A stretch of 64,000 nucleotides of DNA from an uncultured Planctomycetia bacterium (GCA_964606485.1 CAZSGP010000003.1:334854-398853), one strand, 5' to 3'. Shown: positions 16,147 through 26,933, numbered from the stretch's first letter. Notes: generated by a model not told the origin, from the sequence alone. Numbers and translations are program-made.

Positions 16147-17541
16147 TTATTTTCCAGGGACGCCGGGCTCGGTCATCTTAACAGGGTCCATGATTTTAAG
16201 AATATCCTGTTCGGAGAGAATTTTCTGGTCGCGAATAACTTGGATAATCGTTCTTTTGGACTTAAGCGCCTCCTTGCAAACCTCAGCCGCTTTCGCGTAG
16301 CCGATGTAGGCATTGAGCGCTGTCGCAAGACCCATGCTGCTCTCCGCATAATGCTTGCAGCGCTCTTCGTTGGCTGTGATTCCGACCACGCATTTTTCTC
16401 TCAAAATCTTTAGCGAGTTTCCTAGTACCGTCACCGCAAAATTCATCTCAAAAGCCATGAGCGGCATCATCACATTGAGCTCAAGCTGTCCGGCTTGCAC
16501 ACAAAACGCAACTGCCGTGTCCGCCCCGATCACGTGAAATGCTGTCATATTCATCATTTCTAAAATCGAAGGGTTCACTTTGCCGGGCATGATCGAAGAA
16601 CCTGGAGCCATGGCCGGAAGCTCAATTTCCGCAAAACCAGTCGTAGGGCCGGAACTTAAAAGGCGTAGATCGTTCACGATGCGCGTGATCTCTAAGCAAA
16701 GATTCCGAAGCGCCGATGAAACTTCAGCAATCGGGCGCTGGCTTTGCATAGCTTCTCGCATATCCTCCGAAGCCTTTAAATCCAATTTCGTAATTTTTTT
16801 GAGTTCGTCGATGACTAGATCGCGATAGCCGTGCGCGGTGTTTAGACCTGTTCCTGCCGCACTACCGCCAAGACCCAACTCTAAAAGAGATTTTTCAGCT
16901 TGCAACAACGCAAGGCGTGATTTTTGAAGCGCTAAACCATAAGCCTTAAATTCCTGACCCAGGCGGATAGGCACTGCGTCTTGCAGGTGCGTGCGCGCAG
17001 ATTTTAAAATGGAATCAAACGCCTTGCCCTTAGCCAAAAATTCTTTTTCCAGGTCCTCAAGCGGTCCGTGCAAAAATTCTTTCAAGATGATGTAAAGCCC
17101 AATTCGCACTGCCGTCGGAAAAGTGTCGTTGGTCGACTGACCCATATTGGCGTGGTCGTTGGGGTTGATTGGTGTGTAACTACCCTTGGCGGAGCCTAGA
17201 ATTTCATTCGCTCGGTTAGCCAACACTTCATTCACGTTCATATTGAATGCCGTGCCCGCTCCCATCTGAAAAACATCAACGGGAAACTGATCACGATAAG
17301 CACCCGCTAAAATTTCATCGCAGGCTTTGACGAGTGCGTCCGATAAATTCTTAGGCAGGTCCCCCGCTTTGAAATTTGCAATCGCCGCTGCTTTTTTAAT
17401 GTAGAGATAAGCGTCGATTAAACGCGGATGCGCGCGCAGTCCGCTGATCGGAAAATTTTCAACGGCACGGTCGGTTTGAATGCCGTAGTAAACCTGATCC
17501 GGAATTTGCCGAACGCCGATCGAATCCTTTTCGCTTCGCAA
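16147..17541 (-). CDS. Class II fumarate hydratase / aspartate ammonia-lyase family enzyme
   Basis: 464 aa with the GSSIMPGKVNP signature. The fumarase-versus-aspartase assignment is ambiguous from sequence alone. Confidence 0.8.
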   Translation of the reverse strand: MRSEKDSIGVRQIPDQVYYGIQTDRAVENFPISGLRAHPRLIDAYLYIKKAAAIANFKAGDLPKNLSDALVKACDEILAGAYRDQFPVDVFQMGAGTAFNMNVNEVLANRANEILGSAKGSYTPINPNDHANMGQSTNDTFPTAVRIGLYIILKEFLHGPLEDLEKEFLAKGKAFDSILKSARTHLQDAVPIRLGQEFKAYGLALQKSRLALLQAEKSLLELGLGGSAAGTGLNTAHGYRDLVIDELKKITKLDLKASEDMREAMQSQRPIAEVSSALRNLCLEITRIVNDLRLLSSGPTTGFAEIELPAMAPGSSIMPGKVNPSILEMMNMTAFHVIGADTAVAFCVQAGQLELNVMMPLMAFEMNFAVTVLGNSLKILREKCVVGITANEERCKHYAESSMGLATALNAYIGYAKAAEVCKEALKSKRTIIQVIRDQKILSEQDILKIMDPVKMTEPGVPGK

Positions 17542-17554
17542 GGGATACCTCGAC

Positions 17555-17875
17555 TTACTTTAAGTCGGAATCGTCAGCGACTGCGACTTTTTTAGCGGCT
17601 TTGGATTTGGCTGATTTTAAATCCGAAAGCGCTTGGTCTAAACGGTCGCTCAAGGTTCGCTTTTCGGCTTCGAGCTGAGAAAGACTTGACTCTTGACCGC
17701 TTAGCTGCGCCTGAAGCTTTGAAAGCTCTTGGTCTTTTTCGCCGAGCTGACTTTGAAGCGCTGAAATTCGCGCGTTCATGGCGTCCATATCCGCCTGCGT
17801 ATTTTTGCCGGTGGTGGCACAACCCAAAAGCGTTAATGAAGAAATCAAAATAACAACCGCGATATTTTTTTTCAT
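17555..17875 (-). CDS. Coiled-coil lipoprotein (Lpp-like)
   Basis: Lipobox LTLLGC, then heptad-rich QAQLSGQESSLSQLEAEKRTL. Confidence 0.6.
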   Translation of the reverse strand: MKKNIAVVILISSLTLLGCATTGKNTQADMDAMNARISALQSQLGEKDQELSKLQAQLSGQESSLSQLEAEKRTLSDRLDQALSDLKSAKSKAAKKVAVADDSDLK

Positions 17876-19485
17876 GAAAGAAGCTCCTTGTTCGATTGAT
17901 AAATTTGGTAACGAAGATCCGGAAAAATATTATCCGTAGATTCTATTCTTTCAAGCTCTTGGGTGTCTATTAAATTTTTCTCTAAGCCGCTTAATAAAGC
18001 ATCAAACCGGCCGAGATGGTCCTTCGTCCGCTTCGCCGCGTACTCGGTGTGCGTGCCGGTTTTCAGGATAAAAGCCCAGTCGCTGGATTGCGCTAAAAGT
18101 AACTCGCGCGACATTTGATTGAGCACGCGACGCTCAAGATCACCCGCATTTTGAAAACGATCCGCCGCTTTGGTCATTCGCTCCGCCGCGTCGTAAAGTA
18201 ATGGATAAATCCAATCATTGGTCTCATTCAGCCAAACTTCCGCGTAGCCTTTGTAACCCCAACTAGACATCGACGGAGTCACCTTTTGCTGATAAGGAAA
18301 TTTTTCAAGGTACTCCACCGGCGTAATCGCCTGAAAAGCATGCGTGTCAAAGTGGATTTTCCGGAACAAAAAGTCGAGCCACATAGGCCCTTCAAACCAC
18401 CAGTGCCCAAAAAGCTCAGCGTCATACGGCGAAACAATTAACGGGGGCCTTCCCAGTTGACCAGACAAATGCCGGATTTGTTTTTCTCGATTAAACATGA
18501 AATTGCCGGCGTGGCTCAAAGCCTTTGCTTGGGCCCAGCTCGGGTTATAAGGCTCTTTGTTGTTGCCAGTCCCTGTAATTCGGTAGTACTTAAGCCCTGT
18601 GTTAATCCGCGCGCCATCGCCGTTTAAATAGGGCTTCATGTAGTCATAATCGAGATCAAAACCGATATCGCGGTAAAACTCGCGGTAATCAAAATCTCCC
18701 GGGTACCCTTCTTTGGAGCTCCAGACGCTTTTAGAAGACTCTTCATCGCGAGCAAATACTGCTACGCCCGATGGGCAAAACGCAGGAGCATGCACCCCGT
18801 ACTTGGCGGCAGGCTCGGCAAGCGTGAGTGCGTGGCTATCCGCAATAAAAAACTGAATCCCCTGCTCCTTTAAAAATTCATCCACACCCGGGTAAAAACC
18901 GCATTCAGGAAGCCAAATACCTCGCGGGGAACGCCCCAAAATACGCCGGTGTGTTTGTACGCCGACCGCAATCTGTGCGCGCACGGCAGCGGGCTGAGAT
19001 TCCATGAGCGGCAAGAATCCGTGTGTTGCCGCACAAGTCATGATTTCTAAAAAGCCTTGATCTTGTAAGGATTTGAAAGCGAGCGTGATATTTTTTTTCC
19101 ATTTCTCACAAAAAAAGTGGCGCGCCTCCAGGAAAAGACGGTGATACATTTCAGATAAGGGTCTAAACTTCGCGTCCCATCGATTGCGATCGATTTCTTT
19201 TTTGGCAAGCTCGATGAGCCGATCTAAATGTTTGACGTAACGGTCCTGCAAAAGCGGATCCGTCATCATCGATAAAAGCGTTGGGGTTAACGAGAGTGTG
19301 ACGCGGAAACGAACTCCGTCACTGGCGAGCGATTCAAATACTTTTAAAAGCGGGATATACGTTTCGGTAAGGGCTTCATAAAACCATTCCTCTTCCAAAA
19401 AGCGCTCATGCTCGGGATGTCTCACATAAGGCAAATGAGCGTGCAACACAATTGAAAAATACCCTTGAACGTCACTCATCTTCAA
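17872..19485 (-). CDS. GH57-family 1,4-alpha-glucan branching enzyme
   Basis: FSIVLHAHLPYVRHPE...ETYIPLL, the GH57 catalytic N-terminus; 537 aa. Confidence 0.8.
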   Translation of the reverse strand: MKMSDVQGYFSIVLHAHLPYVRHPEHERFLEEEWFYEALTETYIPLLKVFESLASDGVRFRVTLSLTPTLLSMMTDPLLQDRYVKHLDRLIELAKKEIDRNRWDAKFRPLSEMYHRLFLEARHFFCEKWKKNITLAFKSLQDQGFLEIMTCAATHGFLPLMESQPAAVRAQIAVGVQTHRRILGRSPRGIWLPECGFYPGVDEFLKEQGIQFFIADSHALTLAEPAAKYGVHAPAFCPSGVAVFARDEESSKSVWSSKEGYPGDFDYREFYRDIGFDLDYDYMKPYLNGDGARINTGLKYYRITGTGNNKEPYNPSWAQAKALSHAGNFMFNREKQIRHLSGQLGRPPLIVSPYDAELFGHWWFEGPMWLDFLFRKIHFDTHAFQAITPVEYLEKFPYQQKVTPSMSSWGYKGYAEVWLNETNDWIYPLLYDAAERMTKAADRFQNAGDLERRVLNQMSRELLLAQSSDWAFILKTGTHTEYAAKRTKDHLGRFDALLSGLEKNLIDTQELERIESTDNIFPDLRYQIYQSNKELLS

Positions 19486-19837
19486 TTTTAAATAATTGGT
19501 AGGAGCTTAGATCATATCCATGGCCACCCGCCACAGCTCGAGGCGTTTTCACGCGGTTAGAACGAACCCTTGCCGCCCATTTCCCACTCGCATCTTTAGC
19601 GCCAATTTCGGCAATCCATTCGGCGTCGGGCTTGCCTGCGTCTATGTACACATTGGTTTGGTGAGGCTCAAGACGCAAATCAAAATACGTGCGGAATTTT
19701 GGAAACTCAAGGCCGGTGACATCAAAAACTCTTAGGAAAAATTTCGAAGAACTAGCTACGCCACTCCAGTGCGCGAACAACCACCACGGATCACGCACCA
19801 GTAATACGAGTTTTGCATCTGCAGACTCAGCGCTCAT
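19472..19837 (-). CDS. DUF4912 domain protein (GH57-associated)
   Basis: LLVRDPWWLFAHW motif. It overlaps and precedes the GH57 gene. Confidence 0.65.
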   Translation of the reverse strand: MSAESADAKLVLLVRDPWWLFAHWSGVASSSKFFLRVFDVTGLEFPKFRTYFDLRLEPHQTNVYIDAGKPDAEWIAEIGAKDASGKWAARVRSNRVKTPRAVAGGHGYDLSSYQLFKIEDE

Positions 19838-19861
19838 TCCAGGTATTATATGACAAATTGA

Positions 19862-21250
19862 TTATTTTTTGGAGATTAGTTCAAAATCCTCAAAACGTCC
19901 CAGAACGAGGATGCCCTGGTTTTTAAATCGCTCCTCAAGAACCTTGGAGTTTCGTTCGTGGATAAGGCAATAAAATGGTTTTCCGGATTTTAGCTCTCCG
20001 AACAATTGCTCTTCGGAATCCAAATAACGAATCGGCCGCTCAAGATAAAATATTGCTGCGGGCGAGTCATGCTTTTTATAAAGAAAAAGAGGTTGAGCGG
20101 CCGGCAGCTCCTTTTTAACAAGTGGCGCAACCCCCTTCAGATCACGGCTGTAATCAAAATTAAAAATTCGTCCATAGTAAATATGCAAACACATGATGAC
20201 TAAAAAAACGATTTGGACGAAGCGGTTCTGTCGCTCATCGAACCAGCGCGTTAAAACATACCCTACACTCAGAGATAGTGCCGGATACACCGGCAACACG
20301 TACCATGCCAATTTAGTTCGAACGAGCGTAATGATCATAAAAACAACGAACATCCAGGAGGTTAAAAAAATAATCTCTCTTTGCTTGTCCTTGATAGATT
20401 TAAAAAGAAAGTATGGCCCAGAAACAATGCCAATCAAAATCCAAGGATGATATTTATTCACCATCGTGCGGATGTAAAAATACCAGTTCCCGCTGTGCCC
20501 ATCAATGGAGGACAAGCTGCGTGTGAATAAATTTTTAAAAATGGTGCTATTAAGAAATCCTTCTCCGCCCGTCACGGCTCCGTACGCATACCAAGGGGTT
20601 GAAATTCCAACCAAGATCAGGATTCCTATCCAGAACCGTGAATTTAAAAATACTCTCATTTCCCGCGTAGAGACCGCATAAACAAACACGACCGGAAAAA
20701 ACCAAAGCGCTGCAAAGCTTTTAGTCATAAAAGCAAGTCCTAGAAAAGCGCCGGAAGCTAAAAAGTATTTTTCGCTTTCGCGACCAAGCCAAAACATGTA
20801 AAGCGCTGTCGAAAAAAAGAAAACAAACGGAGAGTCGGTCATCCCGAATTTCGAAAAACGAATGAAATGGAGAGAGCTTAGCAGTACGAGCGCGCTGACA
20901 AAACCTGTCCAACGGCTAAAAAAACGACGACCGATAAAATAAGTCACTAGTACCGTACCGATCCCGCAAAGCGCGGAAAATAGGCGCGCTGAAAATTCAT
21001 TAATGCCGAATATCTTGTAAAAAAAAGCGGTCATCCACATGGAGAGTGGCGGCTTGTCAAACCAGGGATCACCACCGAGGGTAAGGGTAAACCAATTCCC
21101 TAGCGTCACCATGTCCTTAGCGACGCCCGCGTACAAAGCCTCATCCCAACTGGCGAGCGACCCGAAGCCGAGCCGAACTAAAAGAAAAAAAGCGGCGGAC
21201 GCAAAAAGAAAAAGAACGTCCCGGAGAGTTTCCTTATGGAATTTCTGCAA
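19862..21250 (-). CDS. Glycosyltransferase family 39 (ArnT/PMT-like) membrane protein
   Basis: 462 aa, polytopic, with an N-terminal D-E loop motif (SWDEALYAG...DKPPL). Confidence 0.75.
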   Translation of the reverse strand: MQKFHKETLRDVLFLFASAAFFLLVRLGFGSLASWDEALYAGVAKDMVTLGNWFTLTLGGDPWFDKPPLSMWMTAFFYKIFGINEFSARLFSALCGIGTVLVTYFIGRRFFSRWTGFVSALVLLSSLHFIRFSKFGMTDSPFVFFFSTALYMFWLGRESEKYFLASGAFLGLAFMTKSFAALWFFPVVFVYAVSTREMRVFLNSRFWIGILILVGISTPWYAYGAVTGGEGFLNSTIFKNLFTRSLSSIDGHSGNWYFYIRTMVNKYHPWILIGIVSGPYFLFKSIKDKQREIIFLTSWMFVVFMIITLVRTKLAWYVLPVYPALSLSVGYVLTRWFDERQNRFVQIVFLVIMCLHIYYGRIFNFDYSRDLKGVAPLVKKELPAAQPLFLYKKHDSPAAIFYLERPIRYLDSEEQLFGELKSGKPFYCLIHERNSKVLEERFKNQGILVLGRFEDFELISKK

Positions 21251-21856
21251 TTAGAATATAAAAACGCCGGCGGCCACGACTGTGGTGTATCCGCCTTTCT
21301 CAACCATGGCTGATTGAGTCACGTTCGTCGTTTTAACGATTTTGTCTGAGATGCGGAAAATTTCTTCCTTTTCATCCCAACCTTTATCTTCGTCAAAATC
21401 AATTCCGAGCGTGGAAGCAAGCATGGCCGCGGCCAAATCTTCAGCCGTGTCCCCTGCTTCTTTTTCGGTCTGGCCGAATGCATAGTATTCACTGAGATAA
21501 CCGTAAGAATTGGAGTCTGAGGGAATAGCACAACCGATTGACGCGGCCATCAAGCGGCGCGCTTCGTTAGAAGAAAGTCTCGACGTCACCGCAAAAGTGA
21601 TCATGCCGGGATAAATGTATTTTTGTCCTTCGTTCTTGGAGATGAGTTCGCAATTTGGCGGAAAAATGCTCGACACGTGAACGATGTTGCACTTTTCAAT
21701 GCCCGCATCGCGCAACGCCATCTCGAAACTGCGCAGCTCATGCTTATGATGTCCAACCCCTTTAGTGAAAAACATTTTCTTGGGAACTAAAAGCTGCTGA
21801 TTATTTTGTTGGGCGTGCGACTGAACGGAAACAAAACCATTTTGAACTGCGGGCAT
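21251..21856 (-). CDS. pdaD: Pyruvoyl-dependent arginine decarboxylase
   Basis: FFTKGVGHHKHE...IVHVSSI (self-cleavage Ser-Ser); 201 aa. Confidence 0.8.
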   Translation of the reverse strand: MPAVQNGFVSVQSHAQQNNQQLLVPKKMFFTKGVGHHKHELRSFEMALRDAGIEKCNIVHVSSIFPPNCELISKNEGQKYIYPGMITFAVTSRLSSNEARRLMAASIGCAIPSDSNSYGYLSEYYAFGQTEKEAGDTAEDLAAAMLASTLGIDFDEDKGWDEKEEIFRISDKIVKTTNVTQSAMVEKGGYTTVVAAGVFIF

Positions 21857-21886
21857 TTTCTTTAAGCGCTCCTAGTGATAAAACTG

Positions 21887-22633
21887 TTAAACGTGAGAGT
21901 TAATATACGTTTGCTCTTTTTGAATGTCAAATAATTTAGATTGGGACCATTCGGGGTCGGTGTACCGGTCTTTCTCGATGATTTGAGCCTTCTCAAGTTC
22001 AGAAGCATCTAGAGCCTTCTCAAACAACTCCACCCTCAGCACTTTTTTAAAGCCTTCGACGATCCCCTGAATCAATTGATCCTCCGACGCATTTAAAAAA
22101 ATGGAAGACTGATGAAGCAGTGCCCCGTTTTTTCGTCGCTGGCTTGCTCCTAATATTTTTTTCCCTTCCATCAAAAGGTCGTAGCAAGACGCTCGTTCAA
22201 AACAAATGCGCTCCCCCTCCGCTCTTCCCGATGGAACAGTTTTGCAATCCGCATAATCAATTTTTTCGAATAAACCTTTTAAACCTACGCGAACGGCTTC
22301 GTTGATTTTTAGATATGAGGACTTGGTGTCGGTGGGCAGTAATTTTCCCGGCGATTTAGCCGCGAGTGAAAACGTTAGATCTCTTCCGTGAGTAACAAGC
22401 CCTCCTCCGGTGATGCGGCGTACAATCGAGGCTTCGGGAAGTTTTGCAGAAATGAGCCGCGAAATAGAAGCGATGCTCTGAAAATAACCAATCGTCACGC
22501 ATAGGGATTCCCAAGAATAAAACCGAAGCGTTGCTTCGTGGGATTGCTCAGGGGCTGACTGCATGAGATATTCATCAATAGCCATGTTGAACGATCCGCG
22601 GCGCGGCGGATCCACGATCAACCGAATTTTCAT
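21887..22633 (-). CDS. Lipoate-protein ligase / octanoyltransferase family protein (BPL/LPL catalytic domain)
   Basis: 248 aa, FNMAIDEYLM...GGGLVTHG. It is adjacent to the gcv genes. Confidence 0.7.
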   Translation of the reverse strand: MKIRLIVDPPRRGSFNMAIDEYLMQSAPEQSHEATLRFYSWESLCVTIGYFQSIASISRLISAKLPEASIVRRITGGGLVTHGRDLTFSLAAKSPGKLLPTDTKSSYLKINEAVRVGLKGLFEKIDYADCKTVPSGRAEGERICFERASCYDLLMEGKKILGASQRRKNGALLHQSSIFLNASEDQLIQGIVEGFKKVLRVELFEKALDASELEKAQIIEKDRYTDPEWSQSKLFDIQKEQTYINSHV

Positions 22634-24063
22634 CGAAAGCGTAGATTGGGATGTCGGGCGGCCGTGACTTCGTCGATACGACCAATCGGAGTGGTGTGAG
22701 GTGCCGTTAAAACTTTTTGAGGATCCTGTTCGATTTCCCGGTTAATATCCAAGAAAACTTTTATAAAATTATCCATCGTTTCTTTGGATTCGGTTTCGGT
22801 CGGCTCAATCATCATTGCCTCTTCCACAATCATCGGAAAATAAATCGTGGGTGCGTACATCCCAAAGTCAAGCAAGCGCTTAGCGATATCGAGCGCTTTA
22901 ACGCCCTTAGCTTTCTGTTTGCGTGCCGACAAAACAAACTCATGCATGCACGGCACGTCGTACGGAATGTCGAATGCGCCGGACAAAAGTTTTTTGATGT
23001 AATTGGCGTTCAAAATAGCATTTTCGGAAACGCCCTTCAATCCCTCCGAACCCAGCGCCAAAATATAGGCATAGGATCGGATGATGGCGCCGAAGTTCCC
23101 ATAGAACGAGCGGAGCTTCCCAATAGAATCGGGCGCGCTTTTTTCAAACTCAAAAGCATCTTTCTTCTTCAGAATGCGCGGTGACGGTAAAAATGGGATC
23201 AACTCTTTTTTAACACCCACAGGCCCCGAACCCGGACCTCCGGAGCCGTGTGGCACCGCAAAAGTCTTATGGAGATTGATGTGAACGATATCAAAACCCA
23301 TATCCCCCGGCCGGCAAATTCCAACAAGCGCGTTCATGTTTGCGCCGTCATAATAAAGAAGTCCGCCCGCCTTATGAACAAGCGAAGCGATTTCAAGAAT
23401 ATCTTTTTCAAAGAGACCTAGCGTGCTGGGATTCGTCATCATAAGGCAAGCCACCTGGTCATCCAGCTTTGACTTTAAATCCGCCAAATCCACGAGCCCC
23501 TGAGGGTTCGTTTTGATCGTGACTACGTCAAAGCCGCACAGCGCCGCCGATGCGGGATTCGTGCCGTGCGATGAGTCGGGAATCAGAACCTTTGTTTTTT
23601 TGACGCCTTTTTTGCGGTGGTAAGACGCGGCGATCAAAAGTCCACAAAACTCCCCGTGCGCTCCGGCGGCCGGCTGAAGCGTAAACTCGTTCATGCCGGT
23701 AATCTCCGACAACAAAAACTGCATTTCATATAAAACTTTAAGCGCCCCCTGCGTTTCAGATTGGTCCTGATAGGGATGAATCTGAGAATAAGCGGTCGAG
23801 GCTGCAATCGCATCCAAACACTTGGGGTTGTATTTCATGGTGCAGGAGCCGAGCGGATAAAAGTTTGCGTCGACACAAAAATTCTGGTGAGACAAATTCG
23901 TGAAGTGTCTTACGAGGTCGAGCTCTGAAACCGACGGTAGACGGGCCGGGGTTTTTCGCAGCGACTGGCTTTGAAATTTCTTTAAAAGCGATTCCTCGCT
24001 CCCCTCAAGAGATGGTAGCCAGGAGGCGTCGTTGTTAGAGTTTTTTTCAAAAATTAGTTTCAT
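22630..24063 (-). CDS. gcvPB: Glycine dehydrogenase (decarboxylating) subunit 2
   Basis: 477 aa, with PLP-binding NLHKTF. Confidence 0.9.
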   Translation of the reverse strand: MKLIFEKNSNNDASWLPSLEGSEESLLKKFQSQSLRKTPARLPSVSELDLVRHFTNLSHQNFCVDANFYPLGSCTMKYNPKCLDAIAASTAYSQIHPYQDQSETQGALKVLYEMQFLLSEITGMNEFTLQPAAGAHGEFCGLLIAASYHRKKGVKKTKVLIPDSSHGTNPASAALCGFDVVTIKTNPQGLVDLADLKSKLDDQVACLMMTNPSTLGLFEKDILEIASLVHKAGGLLYYDGANMNALVGICRPGDMGFDIVHINLHKTFAVPHGSGGPGSGPVGVKKELIPFLPSPRILKKKDAFEFEKSAPDSIGKLRSFYGNFGAIIRSYAYILALGSEGLKGVSENAILNANYIKKLLSGAFDIPYDVPCMHEFVLSARKQKAKGVKALDIAKRLLDFGMYAPTIYFPMIVEEAMMIEPTETESKETMDNFIKVFLDINREIEQDPQKVLTAPHTTPIGRIDEVTAARHPNLRFR

Positions 24064-25394
24064 GCTTCCTCGATGGCCTTGACCAACTCTTCCAAATCTT
24101 CTGCCGTGCGTTTTTCGGTGACCGCGAAAAGATACAATCCGCTGAGTTTAGAATTAACGCGTCCCACCGGCATCGGTCCCAAAATTTTCCGCTTACGTAG
24201 GCTTTCGCGGAGTTTCATCACGTCTTTATCGATCCACAGAGCAAATTCATTGAAAAAGGGTTTTGTTGAAAATACGCGCACCCCTTTGAGTTTAGACAAG
24301 CGATTGAATGCGAGATCCGCATTTCGCAAATTCAAAAGCCCAATCTTTCTTAGACCCTCTTTTCCAAGTAAGGACAAATAAATTGCACCTTTGAGCGCGC
24401 AAAGAGCTTGGTTCGTGCAAATATTCGAAGTCGCCTTCTCGCGGCGAATGTGTTGTTCGCGCGCCTGAAGCGTCAAAACAAACGCCCGCTCCCCGCGGTT
24501 ATCAACCGTCATTCCGGCGATGCGGCCTGGCATGCGTCTCAAAAGCGCTTCCTTCACCGTAAAAAAACCAAAATGGGGTCCGCCGAACGAAACCGGGTTT
24601 CCAAGCGGCTGACCTTCTCCCACCGCAATGTCCGCTCCGTACTCACCGGGTGGCGCCAAAATGCCAAGCGAAATGGGATTTACGCAAGCAATGAGCAATG
24701 CGCCGGCTTTATGAGCAATCTCAGAGATTTCTGGAGCTGATTCTATTAATCCAAAAAAGTTCGGCTGCTGAAGAATCACGGCCGCAGTTTGGTTATCGAC
24801 CAAAGACTTCAAAGCTTGAATGTCCATCACGCCGTCGACCATAGGTACCTTGATGAGCTCAGCATCCACGTGAGACAGATACGTTCCGACCACCTGCGCA
24901 TACTCGGGATGCAAGCTCTCGGGAATCAAAATTTTTCGCTTCTCGGTATACCGCAGGGCTAAAAGCGCTGCTTCCGCGACGCTCGAGGCGCCGTCATACA
25001 TCGACGCATTCGAATAATCCATACCCGTCAGCTCGCAAATCAAACTCTGGTACTCGTAAATGCTCTGCAGCGTACCCTGAGACGCTTCACCTTGATACGG
25101 CGTGTAAGCGGTAATAAATTCGCCTCTGTGCGCCAGACGATCGATCACCGATGGGGTGAAGTGATCATAAATGCCCGCACCCAAATACATAATGTTGTAT
25201 TTGAAGTTACGATTAACAGCGCCAATCTCATCCATGAGACGGTCGAGCTCAAGCTCGGAAATACCGGCAGGAACCTTCCATTTGAAATTCTTAAGCTCCT
25301 GCGGAATATGCGCAATCAGCTCATCAAATGAAGACACCCCGATTGCTTTTAAAATTTCCTTGCGGTCATCTGGGGTGTTGGAAATATACTGCAT
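24060..25394 (-). CDS. gcvPA: Glycine dehydrogenase (decarboxylating) subunit 1
   Basis: 444 aa, canonical GcvPA N-terminus. Confidence 0.9.
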   Translation of the reverse strand: MQYISNTPDDRKEILKAIGVSSFDELIAHIPQELKNFKWKVPAGISELELDRLMDEIGAVNRNFKYNIMYLGAGIYDHFTPSVIDRLAHRGEFITAYTPYQGEASQGTLQSIYEYQSLICELTGMDYSNASMYDGASSVAEAALLALRYTEKRKILIPESLHPEYAQVVGTYLSHVDAELIKVPMVDGVMDIQALKSLVDNQTAAVILQQPNFFGLIESAPEISEIAHKAGALLIACVNPISLGILAPPGEYGADIAVGEGQPLGNPVSFGGPHFGFFTVKEALLRRMPGRIAGMTVDNRGERAFVLTLQAREQHIRREKATSNICTNQALCALKGAIYLSLLGKEGLRKIGLLNLRNADLAFNRLSKLKGVRVFSTKPFFNEFALWIDKDVMKLRESLRKRKILGPMPVGRVNSKLSGLYLFAVTEKRTAEDLEELVKAIEEA

Positions 25395-25397
25395 GAA

Positions 25398-25784
25398 TTA
25401 GTGAGTTGCGTGCGCCTTAAAGTTATTGTACGCGCTCTCCGACAAAAGCGATTCAAGTTCTTTTGGATTTGAGCACTCTATTTCAAACAACCATCCGTCC
25501 CCGTAGGGCGATTGGTTCACTAGCTCCGGCTTTAATTGAAGTTGGTCGTTGGCCTTTAAAATTTTTCCCGACACCGGCGCGTAAATATCAAACGCCGCCT
25601 TCACAGATTCCACAATCATAGCACTGTCTTTGGCTTTCAAAACTTTTCCGGGCTTCGGCAGCTCTACAAATACCACGTCAGAAATTTCTTTCTGCGCGTG
25701 ATCGGATATTCCAACTCTTGCGACATTGCCGTTTAAACTCACCCATTCATGCGTTTCCGCAAATTTCAGTTTTGAAGTGTCCAA
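25398..25784 (-). CDS. gcvH: Glycine cleavage system H protein
   Basis: 128 aa, with the lipoyl-lysine motif ESVKAA. Confidence 0.9.
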   Translation of the reverse strand: MDTSKLKFAETHEWVSLNGNVARVGISDHAQKEISDVVFVELPKPGKVLKAKDSAMIVESVKAAFDIYAPVSGKILKANDQLQLKPELVNQSPYGDGWLFEIECSNPKELESLLSESAYNNFKAHATH

Positions 25785-25793
25785 GCTGTTCTC

Positions 25794-26909
25794 CTATTTC
25801 TTATGTTTGATTTCGACAAAAGGCCGTTTAATAATTTGAGCGGGGGCTTTGCGTCCATGAATTTCAATTTGAATCGAAGTGCCCACTTTTTCAAAACCAG
25901 TCTGCACATGCGCCATGCCGATCCCGGCATTCACTGACGGCGCAAACGAACCACTCGTTACTTGCCCAATTTTTTGGTCACCGGAAAACACAGCGTATCC
26001 ATCACGAGCAATGGATTTATCTAGCATCTTAAAACCAGCGAGGCGTCTTGCAAGACCCATAGCCTTCTGATCCACTAAAGCCTGACGACCCGTGAAATTG
26101 CCTTTTTCTAACGAAACTGCAAACCCAAGCCCAGCCTCTAGAGGCGTTGTGTTTTCATCCATTTCGTGACCATACAGCGGATTTCCCGCCTCCAAGCGCA
26201 AAGTATTGCGCGCGCCAAGACCACAGGGCAGAATTCCCTTTGACTTACCCGCTTCTATCAAGCGGTCCCACACATTCAAAATTGTTTTGGGGTCCGTGAA
26301 AACTTCAAACCCATCTTCGCCGGTGTATCCGCTGCGCGAGACATACGCGGGCGCTGCGCCAAATTCCAAAACTTTGTATTCGTAATAATTCATGTCGCGC
26401 ACCTTGAGCGCGAGCACCTCTTCCATGACTTTTTCAGCATCCGGTCCTTGCAGCGCCACACAAGCGGAATTGTCGCTGTTATTTTTGAGCTCTAAGCCCG
26501 CCGGAAGCCCCAAGGTTAACGCTCGGAAATCTTTATCAATGTTGCTCGCATTCACCACGATATAAAAATCGTCCTGTTCGCCACAGTAAACCAAGATGTC
26601 GTCTAGCGCGTTGCCTCGCTCGTCACAAAGCAGACTGTAAAGAATCTGATAAGGCTTCACCTTGCGCAGATCATTGGTGATGCGGGACTGCAAATAATCA
26701 AATGCCCCTTTACCCTTCAGGTGAAATTCGCCCAAGTGGGATACGTCAAAGATGCCGCAGGCTTTGCGCGTCCAGAGATGCTCCTCGATGATGCTCGAGT
26801 AATAAACGGGCATATTCCAGCCTCCAAAATCTGTCATTTTGGCATGAAGAGATTGGTGGCGTTCGAAAAGCGGAGTCGTTTTAAGAATTGATTCTTGCAA
26901 GAGAGTCAT
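25794..26909 (-). CDS. gcvT: Aminomethyltransferase (glycine cleavage T protein)
   Basis: 371 aa, canonical. Confidence 0.9.
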   Translation of the reverse strand: MTLLQESILKTTPLFERHQSLHAKMTDFGGWNMPVYYSSIIEEHLWTRKACGIFDVSHLGEFHLKGKGAFDYLQSRITNDLRKVKPYQILYSLLCDERGNALDDILVYCGEQDDFYIVVNASNIDKDFRALTLGLPAGLELKNNSDNSACVALQGPDAEKVMEEVLALKVRDMNYYEYKVLEFGAAPAYVSRSGYTGEDGFEVFTDPKTILNVWDRLIEAGKSKGILPCGLGARNTLRLEAGNPLYGHEMDENTTPLEAGLGFAVSLEKGNFTGRQALVDQKAMGLARRLAGFKMLDKSIARDGYAVFSGDQKIGQVTSGSFAPSVNAGIGMAHVQTGFEKVGTSIQIEIHGRKAPAQIIKRPFVEIKHKK

Positions 26910-26933
26910 TGTGTCGATTTGCGCAGTAATTTA

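Noticed and set aside
26910-26933. Expected glycine riboswitch upstream of gcvT
   Set aside because: Only 24 nt separate the bioD stop from the gcvT start, so there is no room for the aptamer.
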